From positions 4,876-68,875 of the forward strand of contig CALKJW010000014.1 in assembly GCA_937995595.1 (NCBI GenBank): a DNA stretch of 64,000 bases. The letters are read 5' to 3'. The notes under the pieces are model-generated. The model was not told the origin of the DNA and did no database searches. It saw only the letters and a program-made list of their open reading frames with translations. This document shows positions 50,801 to 57,372 of the stretch, piece by piece; position 1 is the first letter of the stretch, and every line of letters begins with the position of its first letter. The position numbers were made by a program, and so were the translations under genes. The stretch comes from an uncultured Phycisphaerales bacterium (GTDB lineage: Bacteria; Planctomycetota; Phycisphaerae; Phycisphaerales; UBA1924).

Positions 50801-52390
50801 GCTCTCGCCCTCGAGCGACGCCGCGACCGGCTCGGTCTCGGCGCGCGAGGACTGCCTGTACAACTGCTCGGCCCGCGCGACGACCTTCGCCGGGTCGCCC
50901 TGCGCGATGCGGACCTGCCGCGCCTCGCGGTCGCGCTCGGCGGGGACGTCGAGGCCCTTGACGAGGCGCTCGAGGGCCTCCACGTCGGCCACGGGACCGG
51001 AGACGACGAGGCTGCGGTCGTCGACGCCCTGGGCGTAGCGCAGCACGGCGGTCTGGCGCGGCGAGAGCAGGCGCGACACGAGATTCAGCGCGGCCTGCGC
51101 GGTGAGGTGGCGCGTTCGCAGCACCGCCACGCGCGACTCGGGCGCGGCGCGGCGCGGCGCGCCGTCGGCCTCGGGCGTGGTCGGCGTCGCTTCGGGGTCG
51201 ATCTCGGCGATGAGCGCGGCGCACAGGGCGAGCTGCTCGGCGGTGCCGACGATGGTGAGTTTGCCCTGCTGCGGGAGCGGGAGGATGGTCGGGCGCGAGC
51301 CGGGCTCCGGCGGCCCTCCGCCGCCCCCCCCACCGCCTCGCTCGCCGCGCTGCTGGAACAGGCGTGTGACGTGCCCCGCGGCGTCGTCGGCGTTCACGCC
51401 GCCGAGCACGAAGGTGAGCATCTCGCGCCCCGTGCCCGCGCCGTCGGGCTGGTCGAGCAGCGCGACCAGTTCGCCCACGACTTCGAGCCGCGGCTTGGGG
51501 CCGACGGCGATGATGCTGTTGGTGCGCGGGTCGGGCTGGATGCTCAAGCCCTCGATCTGGTCGTCCTGCACGGTGGTCTTGCGGCCCTGCTGGTCGACGA
51601 AGGTGATCTGCTTGCGCTCGGCGATGAGGCCCTTGAGCGCGGCGTGGACGCGTTCGGCCTGCGCGTGCCTGAGCGGGAAGAGTTTGAACTGCGCGTCGCG
51701 CGGGCGGTCGGCGTCGAGTTGCTCGATCACGCCGCGGAGCCGGCGGCACTGGGCCGCGGTGTCGACGATGATCAGCGCGTTCTGCTGCGGCAGGGCGGTG
51801 ATGCCGCCGAACCTGCTCACCATGCCCTTGAGTTGCTCGGCCAGCGGCGCGGCGACGGCGTTGTTCAGCGGCACGACGGTCGTGATGACCTCCGCCGAGC
51901 CGATCTCGTCGGGGATCTTGCCGACCACCTGCCCGAAGGCGCGCATCTCCTCGGCCTTGGTCAGCAGCAGGTAGCGGCCCTCGCGGCGCAGTTGCACGCC
52001 GTGCATGAACAGCAGGCGGTTGAGCACGTCGAGCGCCTCGTCGAGCGTGTACTTGGTCGCGCCGATGAACGTCAGGCCGCTCTTGGGCGCCTCGGCCTCG
52101 CGGATCACCGGCAGGCCGGTCTGGCGCGCCATGAAGTCCAGCACCTGCTCGAACGGGACGTCCTTGAAGTTGAACTCGATGCGCTCGTCACGCGCGGCGG
52201 GCGCTGGCGCGACCGGCTCCGGCTGCGCGGCAACCGGCGCAACCTCCGGCGCGGCCACGACGGGCGCGCCCTCCGGCGCGCCCGCCGCGGGTTCGGCGCC
52301 CTCGGCCTGTGCGAACACCGACACCGGTTGACCCGCGGCCAGCACAATCAGCGCGGGAACAAGCAAACGACGGGCTGGGCGGGTTCTCAC
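41876..52390 (-). CDS. gspD: giant GspD-type secretin (~3,504 aa): N0-like domain + ~36 secretin N-domain modules + secretin C-domain
   Basis: GTG 52390 is preceded by AAGGAGGGACGGAGAC. Signal peptide VRTRPARRLLVPALIVLAAGQPVSVFA. N0-like RIEFNFKDVPFEQVLDFMARQTGLPVI...YTLDEALDVLNRLLFMHGVQL. Repeated ...D.RTNS(L/I)(I/V)V.G......(V/L)..L(V/I)..LD modules follow. C-terminal LEVLSRPQILVNNNEAARIQVGENV...ITKREIETNVRVRDGETVVIGGL...VPLLGDIPFVGEAFRS...ELLVLLTPRVI. Confidence 0.9.
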   Translation of the reverse strand: MRTRPARRLLVPALIVLAAGQPVSVFAQAEGAEPAAGAPEGAPVVAAPEVAPVAAQPEPVAPAPAARDERIEFNFKDVPFEQVLDFMARQTGLPVIREAEAPKSGLTFIGATKYTLDEALDVLNRLLFMHGVQLRREGRYLLLTKAEEMRAFGQVVGKIPDEIGSAEVITTVVPLNNAVAAPLAEQLKGMVSRFGGITALPQQNALIIVDTAAQCRRLRGVIEQLDADRPRDAQFKLFPLRHAQAERVHAALKGLIAERKQITFVDQQGRKTTVQDDQIEGLSIQPDPRTNSIIAVGPKPRLEVVGELVALLDQPDGAGTGREMLTFVLGGVNADDAAGHVTRLFQQRGERGGGGGGGGPPEPGSRPTILPLPQQGKLTIVGTAEQLALCAALIAEIDPEATPTTPEADGAPRRAAPESRVAVLRTRHLTAQAALNLVSRLLSPRQTAVLRYAQGVDDRSLVVSGPVADVEALERLVKGLDVPAERDREARQVRIAQGDPAKVVARAEQLYRQSSRAETEPVAASLEGESRTVTLVGSSVAIAAFTDLLRSVESGIVVERETRTLTLRHARPSQIVGRMAQLARTLLEPGDGSAYVEPRFDAVDETRSLIVRARPEDLAAIESLAASIDGATARDAVFRVLLVPSDSLAAVRTRAAEIEREQVAMVPGAARVDVQEDRERGALLVSGDAEAVARYARIVDELSRLAAKPVVRVLELKFVESGPTAQAINQSLAPLGGFGPAGGRVSVSSAEGSNALVISGSAADVQMVEDIARSLDLEGNKPGAVSVATVQMKHARAEAIAPIVQQLLHRDPAPQFQQFRPGTRVPVAAAEQARTLVPVKVAADRRLNVVVVSGPRESVEVAKQVIADLDIDMAQTPQGAARVVRVLTLQNAAADDAAQSVQAVFQDDGAGIAAEPAPVVRVDRASNSLVVRGTERQIASIEDLVKGLDKATSAASRDMRLINVDRSKADAQMLAEALRRLLEQRAATKVEVISVEELLAPARDDKKQGSNAAPLRPGPDAPAASGAHAVAAWLAAAVIGALDEQAAQPEDGVTIAVDPATNSLIISGSSRAVDRAAALAAELQRQMPAEPLRLRIVTLPEGVDANVIASIVNQTAAQIGQATAQNPGGFTARVSVQADPQGGAVIVSANDTDFAVLGELIGAVSKPLPGSTLTIKVYPLTNTSAPRVVRAVFDLFSPVPRGRQAQRVLQLAFDGGAGPDGRALRIDPATVRATADPAGRSLIIAAPADAIPLLDRFISLLDQAPMQDQFALRRFALSNARAEQAVPMLQQAFEAARQAAPESPRPSLIVDARTNAVLVTGTESHHRESERLLAQIDLPAEADGSETDIIALRSTRPSTAQRIVEAAIVGNDPARRERLRLTAADETSVLVVRAPREMIDEARRIVAQIDSSDVAGLPVRSLKLERADAEAVAAALQRFYDDRARASSRPNQPARQRQVAVIGDRRSGSLVVAASEEDFAQVQSLVATFDAPSARQDMQFRVIALRHARVAEIRQTVEGVVEEVKYPSNWWSGNRRAAQEDTLSAQFNDRANSVVLFGQGEAFDTIEKIIQALDTPQPEGARLVVRAVKLVNASPQSVGPAIQSAMSTPGWPWWRGNDPDGVRVEVDRRAGVLLMIGREDRVAQAERYARDLDSASGIADREVETIRLTYAGAERIAANLSRFFEGRDRGAGLERSVVSVIGSTEGNVLIVAASREDMAQVRAFVTQMDQPEETEGRVRELYRLRNAEAGELASILREQFPRTLASREGLVIVTPQPGTNSVIVSAPRELFEKVDALVNSLDAPPEAEMSRIVTVQLGQSRAEDVAQSLTAALPRSVKVKVTPVRRTNTLLLTGSDEAVRLVMSQIAELDATPPRPQTEFRRIDLAHQDGYDIASTLRSLLSRRQLGPNEPAPAISTLSPGTTLLVSATPDQMEEILAVVKELDVARAGKRATEFIPLRFADPEATARALEVFYGQFAREAQTPGARAVSILANPASKSLVIAAGEAEWPGIRALLEKLDSEEYDTSRRLEIVALKHADAESLSRALSEAFSAPLRAEIERERARRQPQQPRRADDQFPEFPTVVLSSKEVVSVTAEPLTNSLVIAGPRDQTERIRAVAQQLDVPAYSQLPEPRIIALKRGPATQVAATLRQLFVDTAEAGRGRANTITARSVLIVGDDRSNVIVVRADDAQFAQIKVMADSLQQEGDRSQVSVRVIRVTNFPVARVLQTVRTTFQPVAQQANESLTVEIDRTGNNLVVASSERLYEQIRALVVELDALAAPRGGAPADGTVPGLNQGMLLIDLEHHTPEQMRATLEQMGLTRPQPADRPGIVAEPVTIVPLTSRRAIAVIAGPQDGAAVQSLVRSLDRQPAFADQHVAFIRLKTAPAANVAAAVEAMLRPRTQDSQVELAAALAEQVRRLTIHRSEADKANLQVDLSRPISVSAEPQTNAVVIASTEGNVLALSQVVEMLDALPVGEAVLVRIFPLQNASATRLAGVIRGIFDQGDRLRTNPGTTIRSQPTSETGKALTGQVAVSVDERTNAMIVAGREEAVALVEVLVKQLDSERTTSWIEPRVIRVEHADPVRLASTVRQVLLENVPPSPEAEALQRQVARYRILAEGGDPADVQGMIQADRFAPISTLVILPEPTLRAVIVVGSRANAQAVAEIVKLLDVPAAAAENTVRIFALKVAAVDRVAAILRDVFRGQVQSGALLPQDDLVISSDVRTNALVISTSARSFAIVERLIAQLDADAGGPTVGLTVIPVPSGDVTQLAPRIERLMRDRMEAARRAGGIAGPSDTLSIQPDTASRSLIVAASSENVEIIRGLVEELTRGGEAVAGLESVDVVPVRSARVEEVLQAVQTLYVDRQVRDRGPDAVRVSLDLRLNALIVRGTPADIQAVRTLVERLDGTGVAAVAEIKRIELTKADAAEVVRLLQNVLAGRPIAGPGVVGARKAQLLRFVRGQTAAELAAGAHREPTEAEISGAIQEQVTLTAELRTNSIVAVAPARLMVLIEALVGDLDSTVAGAREIKVFRLTNADARAMAEVLRELFNLRQNGATLVLVPGRADDAAGVPPALGEDALYPSLDERQQLAITIDARTNSLLVSGTPEYLRRVEEVVSELDSIEANERDQLVFELRNAKAAEVAATLRQYFTEQASTIRSVLGADRAGSLARMLEREVTVQGDTPSNRLVVGVSPHYRETVERLVRELDSTPPQVMIQVLLAEVTIDAEQSWGMDISVGPFGGEMYGVRTLAAGASVVTALGVPNLSVSSSDFELLIRALEAQGRLEVLSRPQILVNNNEAARIQVGENVGIVESVERRDNGNTLANVKREDVGIILNVTPTISSDGFVRMDIVPVISSLSARTTQVTEDFQAPIITKREIETNVRVRDGETVVIGGLLQTTEEERRTKVPLLGDIPFVGEAFRSTKRTQARTELLVLLTPRVIRGGGEDEVSSMRVLSEREVGRLRQPARILNYMRPLDEQPEPEPMPPTGTGRGPRSEP
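42749..51889 (-). repeat. protein-level tandem array of ~36 secretin-N (N1-like) modules, ~85 aa each
   Basis: Manual parsing gives 36 consecutive units. Each starts with a hydrophobic beta strand plus L(K/R)(H/N)A.A helix and ends with ...D.R(T/S)N.hhh.G/A...h..hh..LD. The units are divergent at DNA level, with no long identical repeats seen by eye. Confidence 0.75.
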
Positions 52391-52536
52391 GTCTCCGTCC
52401 CTCCTTGAACACCCCCACCCCCTACCCCCCCGCCCCTTCGACCCTCCCCCGACCCACCGGCCACGCACGCGATTGCCGGTGGAGACGGCGTGTGCGCCGG
52501 CCAGTCTCCGCTCGCCGCGCGACGCCAGTGTACCGA

Positions 52537-53526
52537 TTACGACACCGACTTGCGTTCCGCGAGGGTTGACCCTAGGCGAACTTCAAAGACGTCCTCCCCG
52601 ATTCGGATGCGAGCAACTTCCCCGGAACCGGTCACGAATGTGGCGCCGAACACCTCTGCACCCGGTGCGAGCGTTCGCGTCTCGCCCGACCGCGTGTTGA
52701 CGATCCACAACTCCGGCCCGGAGGGAGACTGCACGACCGCGGTGATTCGCCAATCGGCAAGGCTGGGCGCGGCCGGGGGCGGAGGGGGCGGCGGCGCCTC
52801 CACTACCGGGCGCTCGCGGTCGGGCGGGCGCGGCGGGGCGGGCGGCTCGCGGAACACGTTCTTGGCGACGATCGCCCGCCAGGGGTCGATGGCCGCGTCG
52901 TCGATGGGGCTCCAGATGCGCGCGGCGGACTCGTCGGTCGAGCGCGACCTCCCGCCGCGCACGAAGACGCCGGTGATGGTGACCGACAGGTCGACGCTCT
53001 CGCGTTCGCGCCCGAGCACGCGCAGGCCGACGCCGTCGATGCGGCAGACCCACGGCTGGGCGTTGAGCAGCGCGATGGTGCGCACGGCCTGCTCGAGCGA
53101 GCACTCGCCGGTGAGCGTGGCCGACAGCGCGTGGAAGTCGGGCCGCTCGCGCACTTCGCGGGCGCGGAACTCGCGGAGGCGCGAGCGCGTCGCGGGGTTG
53201 ACCTGCGGGCGCGAGGTCGAGGTCGAGACCTGTGCGCGCCGGAGGCCGACGTGCGCGGCCATCTCGTTCAGCGCCCGTCGCAGCACGGCGTTGGCCTCCT
53301 CCTCGCTTGCGCCCAGCGAGATGTCCGCCAGTTCGTCGAACCGTTTTCGCAGGCGCGGCGCGTCGGCCAGTTCGACCTCGCGCGAGTCGAGCCCCTCGCG
53401 GTAGCGGACGATCTCCGCGTCGAGCGCGCGGCGTCGGCCGCTGTAGGTGCTCCAGCCCCACCAGCAGCCGATGCCGACCGCCGCGGCGGCGGCCACGCTC
53501 AACGCCTGTCGCGTGCGCCTGTTCAT
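52537..53526 (-). CDS. bitopic T2SS assembly protein, GspM-like N-terminal half with PilP/GspC-HR-like C-terminal beta domain
   Basis: MNRRTRQALSVAAAAAVGIGCWWGW (TM), then a helical region, a poly-Pro linker (PPAPPRPPDRERPVVEAPPPPPPPAAP), and WRITAVVQSPSGPELWIVNTRSGETRTLAPGAEVFGATFVTGSGEVARIRIGEDVFEVRLG. Its ATG overlaps the upstream TGA (ATGA at 53523-53526). Only the 3' 990 nt of ORF 52537..55647 are taken. Confidence 0.6.
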   Translation of the reverse strand: MNRRTRQALSVAAAAAVGIGCWWGWSTYSGRRRALDAEIVRYREGLDSREVELADAPRLRKRFDELADISLGASEEEANAVLRRALNEMAAHVGLRRAQVSTSTSRPQVNPATRSRLREFRAREVRERPDFHALSATLTGECSLEQAVRTIALLNAQPWVCRIDGVGLRVLGRERESVDLSVTITGVFVRGGRSRSTDESAARIWSPIDDAAIDPWRAIVAKNVFREPPAPPRPPDRERPVVEAPPPPPPPAAPSLADWRITAVVQSPSGPELWIVNTRSGETRTLAPGAEVFGATFVTGSGEVARIRIGEDVFEVRLGSTLAERKSVS

Positions 53527-55244
53527 CCGCCGCCTCCCCCGCCGCGGGTCGGGCGCGGCCGCTGGTTGCGCGGCTGGTCGGTCCGCGGCGTGTTGGCGGG
53601 CGCGGCGGCGGGCTGCTGCGCGGGCTGCGCTTCGGTTCGCGGCGCGGGCGTCGCGCTCTCGGGCTGTCGCGGCGCGGGCTCGGGGTCGTTCCGCGCGGCC
53701 GCGGGCGGCGTGGCGATGTCCGACGCGCGCGGGCCGGGTGCGTCGTCGGGAGTCCGGAAGCGCGTGGTGAGCGTCCACTCGAAGCGGTCGGGCAGGTCCG
53801 AGCCGCGGGTCTGCACGCTGTAGCGCTGGTCGGCGACGAGCCGGGCGCGGAGGGCGTCGGCCACCTCGCGGCGCTTCATCGAGCCGGCGATGGACATCGA
53901 CCCGTCGTGCCGCACCGCCCACGCCGCGGGCGTGTAGACGCTCTGATCGCGCGTCGGCGCGTACACGACCTCGACGTCGCTCTTGGCGGTGACGCTGTCG
54001 AGCACGGCCTCGCGCGGGTCGGGCATCTGCGCGCAGAGCATGTTCAGGTGCGCCAGCCAGTCGATCTCGTTGTCGCGGAAACGCCGGAGGTGCTCGAGCC
54101 GCGCCTGCATGCGGACGAACTCGGCGTACTGCTCGGACTGCAGGCCCCACTCCTCCTTCAGGCCGGCCAGGGTCCGCTCGCGGCGCTGCAGGTCGAGGCG
54201 CGCGGCGGTGAACGCGCTGCCGCCGACGACGATCGCCGCGAGCGCGCCCAGCAGCACCAGCCGCCGGCGCTGCCCGGCAAGGTCCGGCGCGCGGCGCGGC
54301 GAGGCGAAGTCCAGCGTGGCCCTGCCGATCGCCGGCTCGGCGAGCAGGCCGATGAGCGGCGCGACGGCCGAGCGGTCGGCCTCGGGCATGTCGGCGGCGA
54401 TCTCGACGTAGCGCGGGAACCCGGCGGCGTCGCTCGGCAGGTCGAGCGTCTCGGTGCACCGCTGGGCGACAAGGCGGCTGAGCGGGTCGGAGCCGAGCAC
54501 GGTCACGGCCTCGATCGACGGCGCGTCGGGCGCGGCGCGGTACGACATCCACGTGCGCTTGGCCTCGACGGCGACCTTCTGCGCAAAGGCGTCGGCCTCG
54601 TCGGTGCTCGCGGGCCGCACCAGATCGGTGGCCCGGGCGAAGACCAGTTGCCCGCCCTCGACGATGACGAACTCGGTCGATTCCGCGCCCAGCGCGACGC
54701 CGAGCGTACCGCCGCTGCGGCCCTGCGCCACCTCGGCGAGCAGCGCGGCCGCGCCGGCCGACTGCAGCGCGACGCGCCCGAGCCGCAGCCCCGCCGCGCG
54801 GCAGACGGCCCGACGCCACTCCAGCCGGTCGCCCTGGAGCGCCGCGGCCAGCACCGCCGCGCCGCTCTCGCCGTCGTCGATCGGCACGTAGTCGATCGCG
54901 GCGTTCTCGGGCGAGACCGTCAACTGGCGGACCAGTTGCAGGCGCACCATGCCGGGCAGTTCGTCCGGATCGGTGCCGGGCGGGAAGGCGATGCGCTTCA
55001 TCACGACTTCGCCGCGCGACACCGCGAACACGACGCGGGCCCGGCGCGCCGCGCTCCAGAGTTTGGCGCTCTTGAGTTCGGACGAGACCCAGCGGCCCGC
55101 CGCGGCGGCGTCGTTGAAATCGAGCGCCGGCGGCCGCGGCACGCTGAGCCATGCGCGGACGGTGACGCGCCCGGACTGCACGCCCGCGGCGACCGCCACG
55201 AGGCGGTTGCTCTCCAAGTTGATGGCGACCTGGTTCCGCTCCAT
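53523..55244 (-). CDS. GspL-like protein (PilM-type actin-like ATPase-fold domain + TM + PilN-like periplasmic domain)
   Basis: N-terminal ~330 aa match the PilM/GspL-cyto pattern (VAINLESNRLVAV..., LGVALGAESTEFVIVEGGQLVFAR). TM helix LVLLGALAAIVVGGSAFTAA, a coiled region, and a Pro/Ala/Gln-rich tail ending GGGGGG. ATG 55244 is preceded by GAGGG; alternative TTG at 55292. Confidence 0.7.
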   Translation of the reverse strand: MERNQVAINLESNRLVAVAAGVQSGRVTVRAWLSVPRPPALDFNDAAAAGRWVSSELKSAKLWSAARRARVVFAVSRGEVVMKRIAFPPGTDPDELPGMVRLQLVRQLTVSPENAAIDYVPIDDGESGAAVLAAALQGDRLEWRRAVCRAAGLRLGRVALQSAGAAALLAEVAQGRSGGTLGVALGAESTEFVIVEGGQLVFARATDLVRPASTDEADAFAQKVAVEAKRTWMSYRAAPDAPSIEAVTVLGSDPLSRLVAQRCTETLDLPSDAAGFPRYVEIAADMPEADRSAVAPLIGLLAEPAIGRATLDFASPRRAPDLAGQRRRLVLLGALAAIVVGGSAFTAARLDLQRRERTLAGLKEEWGLQSEQYAEFVRMQARLEHLRRFRDNEIDWLAHLNMLCAQMPDPREAVLDSVTAKSDVEVVYAPTRDQSVYTPAAWAVRHDGSMSIAGSMKRREVADALRARLVADQRYSVQTRGSDLPDRFEWTLTTRFRTPDDAPGPRASDIATPPAAARNDPEPAPRQPESATPAPRTEAQPAQQPAAAPANTPRTDQPRNQRPRPTRGGGGGG

Positions 55245-55267
55245 CGAAACCCTCGTGCAAGCCTCGC

Positions 55268-56737
55268 TCACCCTCGCCCGCCGGCGGTCCAACGGCCCAC
55301 CCTCGGGTCCGAGTCCGACGCGGGCGCGTCGCCGGCATCGGCCGGAGCGGCCGGGCGCGGGCTCTCCGTGCCGCGCGTCGGCCGCCTCGGAGACGAGGAT
55401 ACCGCCGAACCGGGGTCAGCGGATGCAGGGGGCGGCGCAAGTTCGAAGTTGGCCGGGGGCTGGTCGGGGCCGGGACGGGGCCCGGCCAAGCCCAACGCGC
55501 CGACCCGCCGGGCCGCTTCGGCAGCGCTGATGTCGCGCAGGTACGCGACGCGCGGCCGCTCGGACGCGACGTCAACGACCGCCTCCAGCACGACGCGGTC
55601 CTGCAGCGGCGGGCGGTCGTCGCCCTCGTCGGTGTCGGCGGGGACAAACCCCGCCTCGACGACGATGCGCCACTGCATCGAGCGCGCGCACACGTGCTCG
55701 AAGGCCTGCTCGAACCTGTCCGGGGTCAGGATGTTCTCGGTGACCAGCCAGCACACGCTCAACCGTTGCTCGGGCGCGAGTTTGTCGCGCAGCGCGACGG
55801 CCTGTTCCGCCGCGGCCGCGTCGAACCCCGGCACGCACGCCAGCACCGCGGCGGGCGCGGCGAGCACGTCAACCCGTCCGACGCGGAAGGGCGCGGGGTC
55901 GGCGCAGAACACGTCGACGACCTCGGCCCAGTCGGCAGGCGGGCTGTTGTAGCGCCGCAGCACGCGGACGAGGTCGGAATCGCGCTCGAAGCGCGAGCCC
56001 TGCTCCATGACCGCCTTGACGATGTTCGCGGTCGCCTCGTCGTAGCGCTCGCGGATGGCCTCGCCCAGCGCGTCGGACCACTGGCCGCGAAGCGAGATGC
56101 GCCGCGCACCCGAGTGCGACTCGGCCCCGCGCCCCATGCCCGCCTGCACGTTGGGATCGAACGCGAAGACCGTCAGCAGGTCCTCGAGCGGGCGGGGCGG
56201 CGCGACATCGACCGGCGGGACGAACGCGTCCGTGCTCGCGGGTGGCTCGGCGTCGTCGCGCGGGCCGAAGGCGTTGCGCAGCCCCTCGATCAACGCCAGG
56301 TCGCGCACGCTGCCGAACTTGCCCGCGCCGCGCGCCGCGACGATCCGCGCAGCGACCTCGGCGTCGAGCCCCGGCACCAGCGCGAGCATCTCGGCGGTCG
56401 CGGCGTTGATGTCGATCTTGCCGGACTCGCTGACCGCGGCCCGCCCGTCGATCGGGACGAGGCGCGCCACGGCGCGCCGGCCGTCGCCGTCGACAAACAG
56501 CGGCCACTCGTCGCTCAGGACCGGCCGCCTGCCCAGAAGCAGGTCGGCGCGCTGGGCGCGGAGTTCCTCCTGCGCCGCCTGCACGCCGCTCCACGCCAGC
56601 GCGCGGCTCTGCACGCGCCGCGCCGCCGCGTCGGCCGCCACACGCTGCGCCTGCGCCGAGTACACCACGCTCGCGGCGACGAGCGCGCCGATGGTGACGG
56701 TGATCAGCACGGCGTAGAGGGCGAATGCGCGGCTCAC
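55268..56737 (-). CDS. gspK: GspK-like minor pseudopilin
   Basis: The GTG start overlaps the upstream TGA (GTGA at 56734-56737). N-terminal hydrophobic segment SRAFALYAVLITVTIGALVAASVVY. Two helix-hairpin-helix-like segments (KIDINAATAEMLALVPGLDAEVAARIVAAR... and VDVLAAPAAVLACVPGFDAAAAEQAVALR), as in GspK. Pro-rich C-tail. Confidence 0.7.
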   Translation of the reverse strand: MSRAFALYAVLITVTIGALVAASVVYSAQAQRVAADAAARRVQSRALAWSGVQAAQEELRAQRADLLLGRRPVLSDEWPLFVDGDGRRAVARLVPIDGRAAVSESGKIDINAATAEMLALVPGLDAEVAARIVAARGAGKFGSVRDLALIEGLRNAFGPRDDAEPPASTDAFVPPVDVAPPRPLEDLLTVFAFDPNVQAGMGRGAESHSGARRISLRGQWSDALGEAIRERYDEATANIVKAVMEQGSRFERDSDLVRVLRRYNSPPADWAEVVDVFCADPAPFRVGRVDVLAAPAAVLACVPGFDAAAAEQAVALRDKLAPEQRLSVCWLVTENILTPDRFEQAFEHVCARSMQWRIVVEAGFVPADTDEGDDRPPLQDRVVLEAVVDVASERPRVAYLRDISAAEAARRVGALGLAGPRPGPDQPPANFELAPPPASADPGSAVSSSPRRPTRGTESPRPAAPADAGDAPASDSDPRVGRWTAGGRG

Positions 56738-57372
56738 GGCGCACCCCCCTGCGGCGCATCGGCCCGTGTGCGCAGCGACCACGCCGCCTCCGGCGCATCG
56801 GGAATGACCAGCACGCGCACCCGGTCGGGCTCGGGCCAGCGTTCGGGCGCCCCCGCCCGCTCCCCGACGGGCTCGAACCAGAGCGCGACCTCGACGGCGG
56901 CGGGCAGGCGGCCCGCGGCCGCGCTGTCGAAGGACGCGGACCACGACCGCCCGTCGAAGTACCGGAACCGGGCGCGCATGGCGCGCTCGGAGAGGGCGTG
57001 CCGCTCGCCCGGCGCGCCCGCCGGCCCTCGCGCCAGCCACAGCATCGGCCCGATGAACTCGTACACCGCCTCGTGCAGGTCGCTCGCGCCCGCGTCGGAC
57101 AGATCGACGCCGCGCGTCAGCACGCGCAGGCGCGTCGAACTCCCCTGCACGCCGGCGCCGCGGCGGGCGTCGCCCGCGATCGCGCCCAGCAGGTCGGACT
57201 CCAGTCGGTCCAGCAGCGCGTCGGCGCCCTGCGCGTCGCTCGCGGCCAGTCCCAGCGCCCGCTGCGAGGACGCCGTGCGCCACGCGAAGGCCGTCACCGC
57301 CGCGGCGAGCATCGCGCCAAGGCCCAGCGCCAGCAGCACCTCCATCACGGTGAACCCGCGTCGAACGCTCAT
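56734..57372 (-). CDS. minor pseudopilin, GspJ-like by position
   Basis: MSVRRGFTVMEVLLALGLGAMLAAAV (G|FTVME prepilin motif). Its ATG overlaps the upstream TGA (ATGA at 57369-57372). Confidence 0.65.
   Translation of the reverse strand: MSVRRGFTVMEVLLALGLGAMLAAAVTAFAWRTASSQRALGLAASDAQGADALLDRLESDLLGAIAGDARRGAGVQGSSTRLRVLTRGVDLSDAGASDLHEAVYEFIGPMLWLARGPAGAPGERHALSERAMRARFRYFDGRSWSASFDSAAAGRLPAAVEVALWFEPVGERAGAPERWPEPDRVRVLVIPDAPEAAWSLRTRADAPQGGAP

Noticed and set aside
43701-51749. 2,682-aa ORF on the minus strand (alternate frame), and the 1,821-aa plus-strand ORF 46943..52408, both overlapping the secretin gene
   Set aside because: The translations are extremely Arg/Ala/Gly/Pro/Asp-rich with no recognisable motifs, which is typical of stop-poor shadow frames in high-GC DNA. 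The secretin frame has clear domain signatures and balanced composition.
42749-51889. Possibility that the periodic signal in the secretin region is a CRISPR array or DNA tandem repeat
   Set aside because: The periodicity is at protein-domain level (~255 nt units, divergent sequence). There are no short identical direct repeats with unique spacers, and the whole region is one open reading frame.
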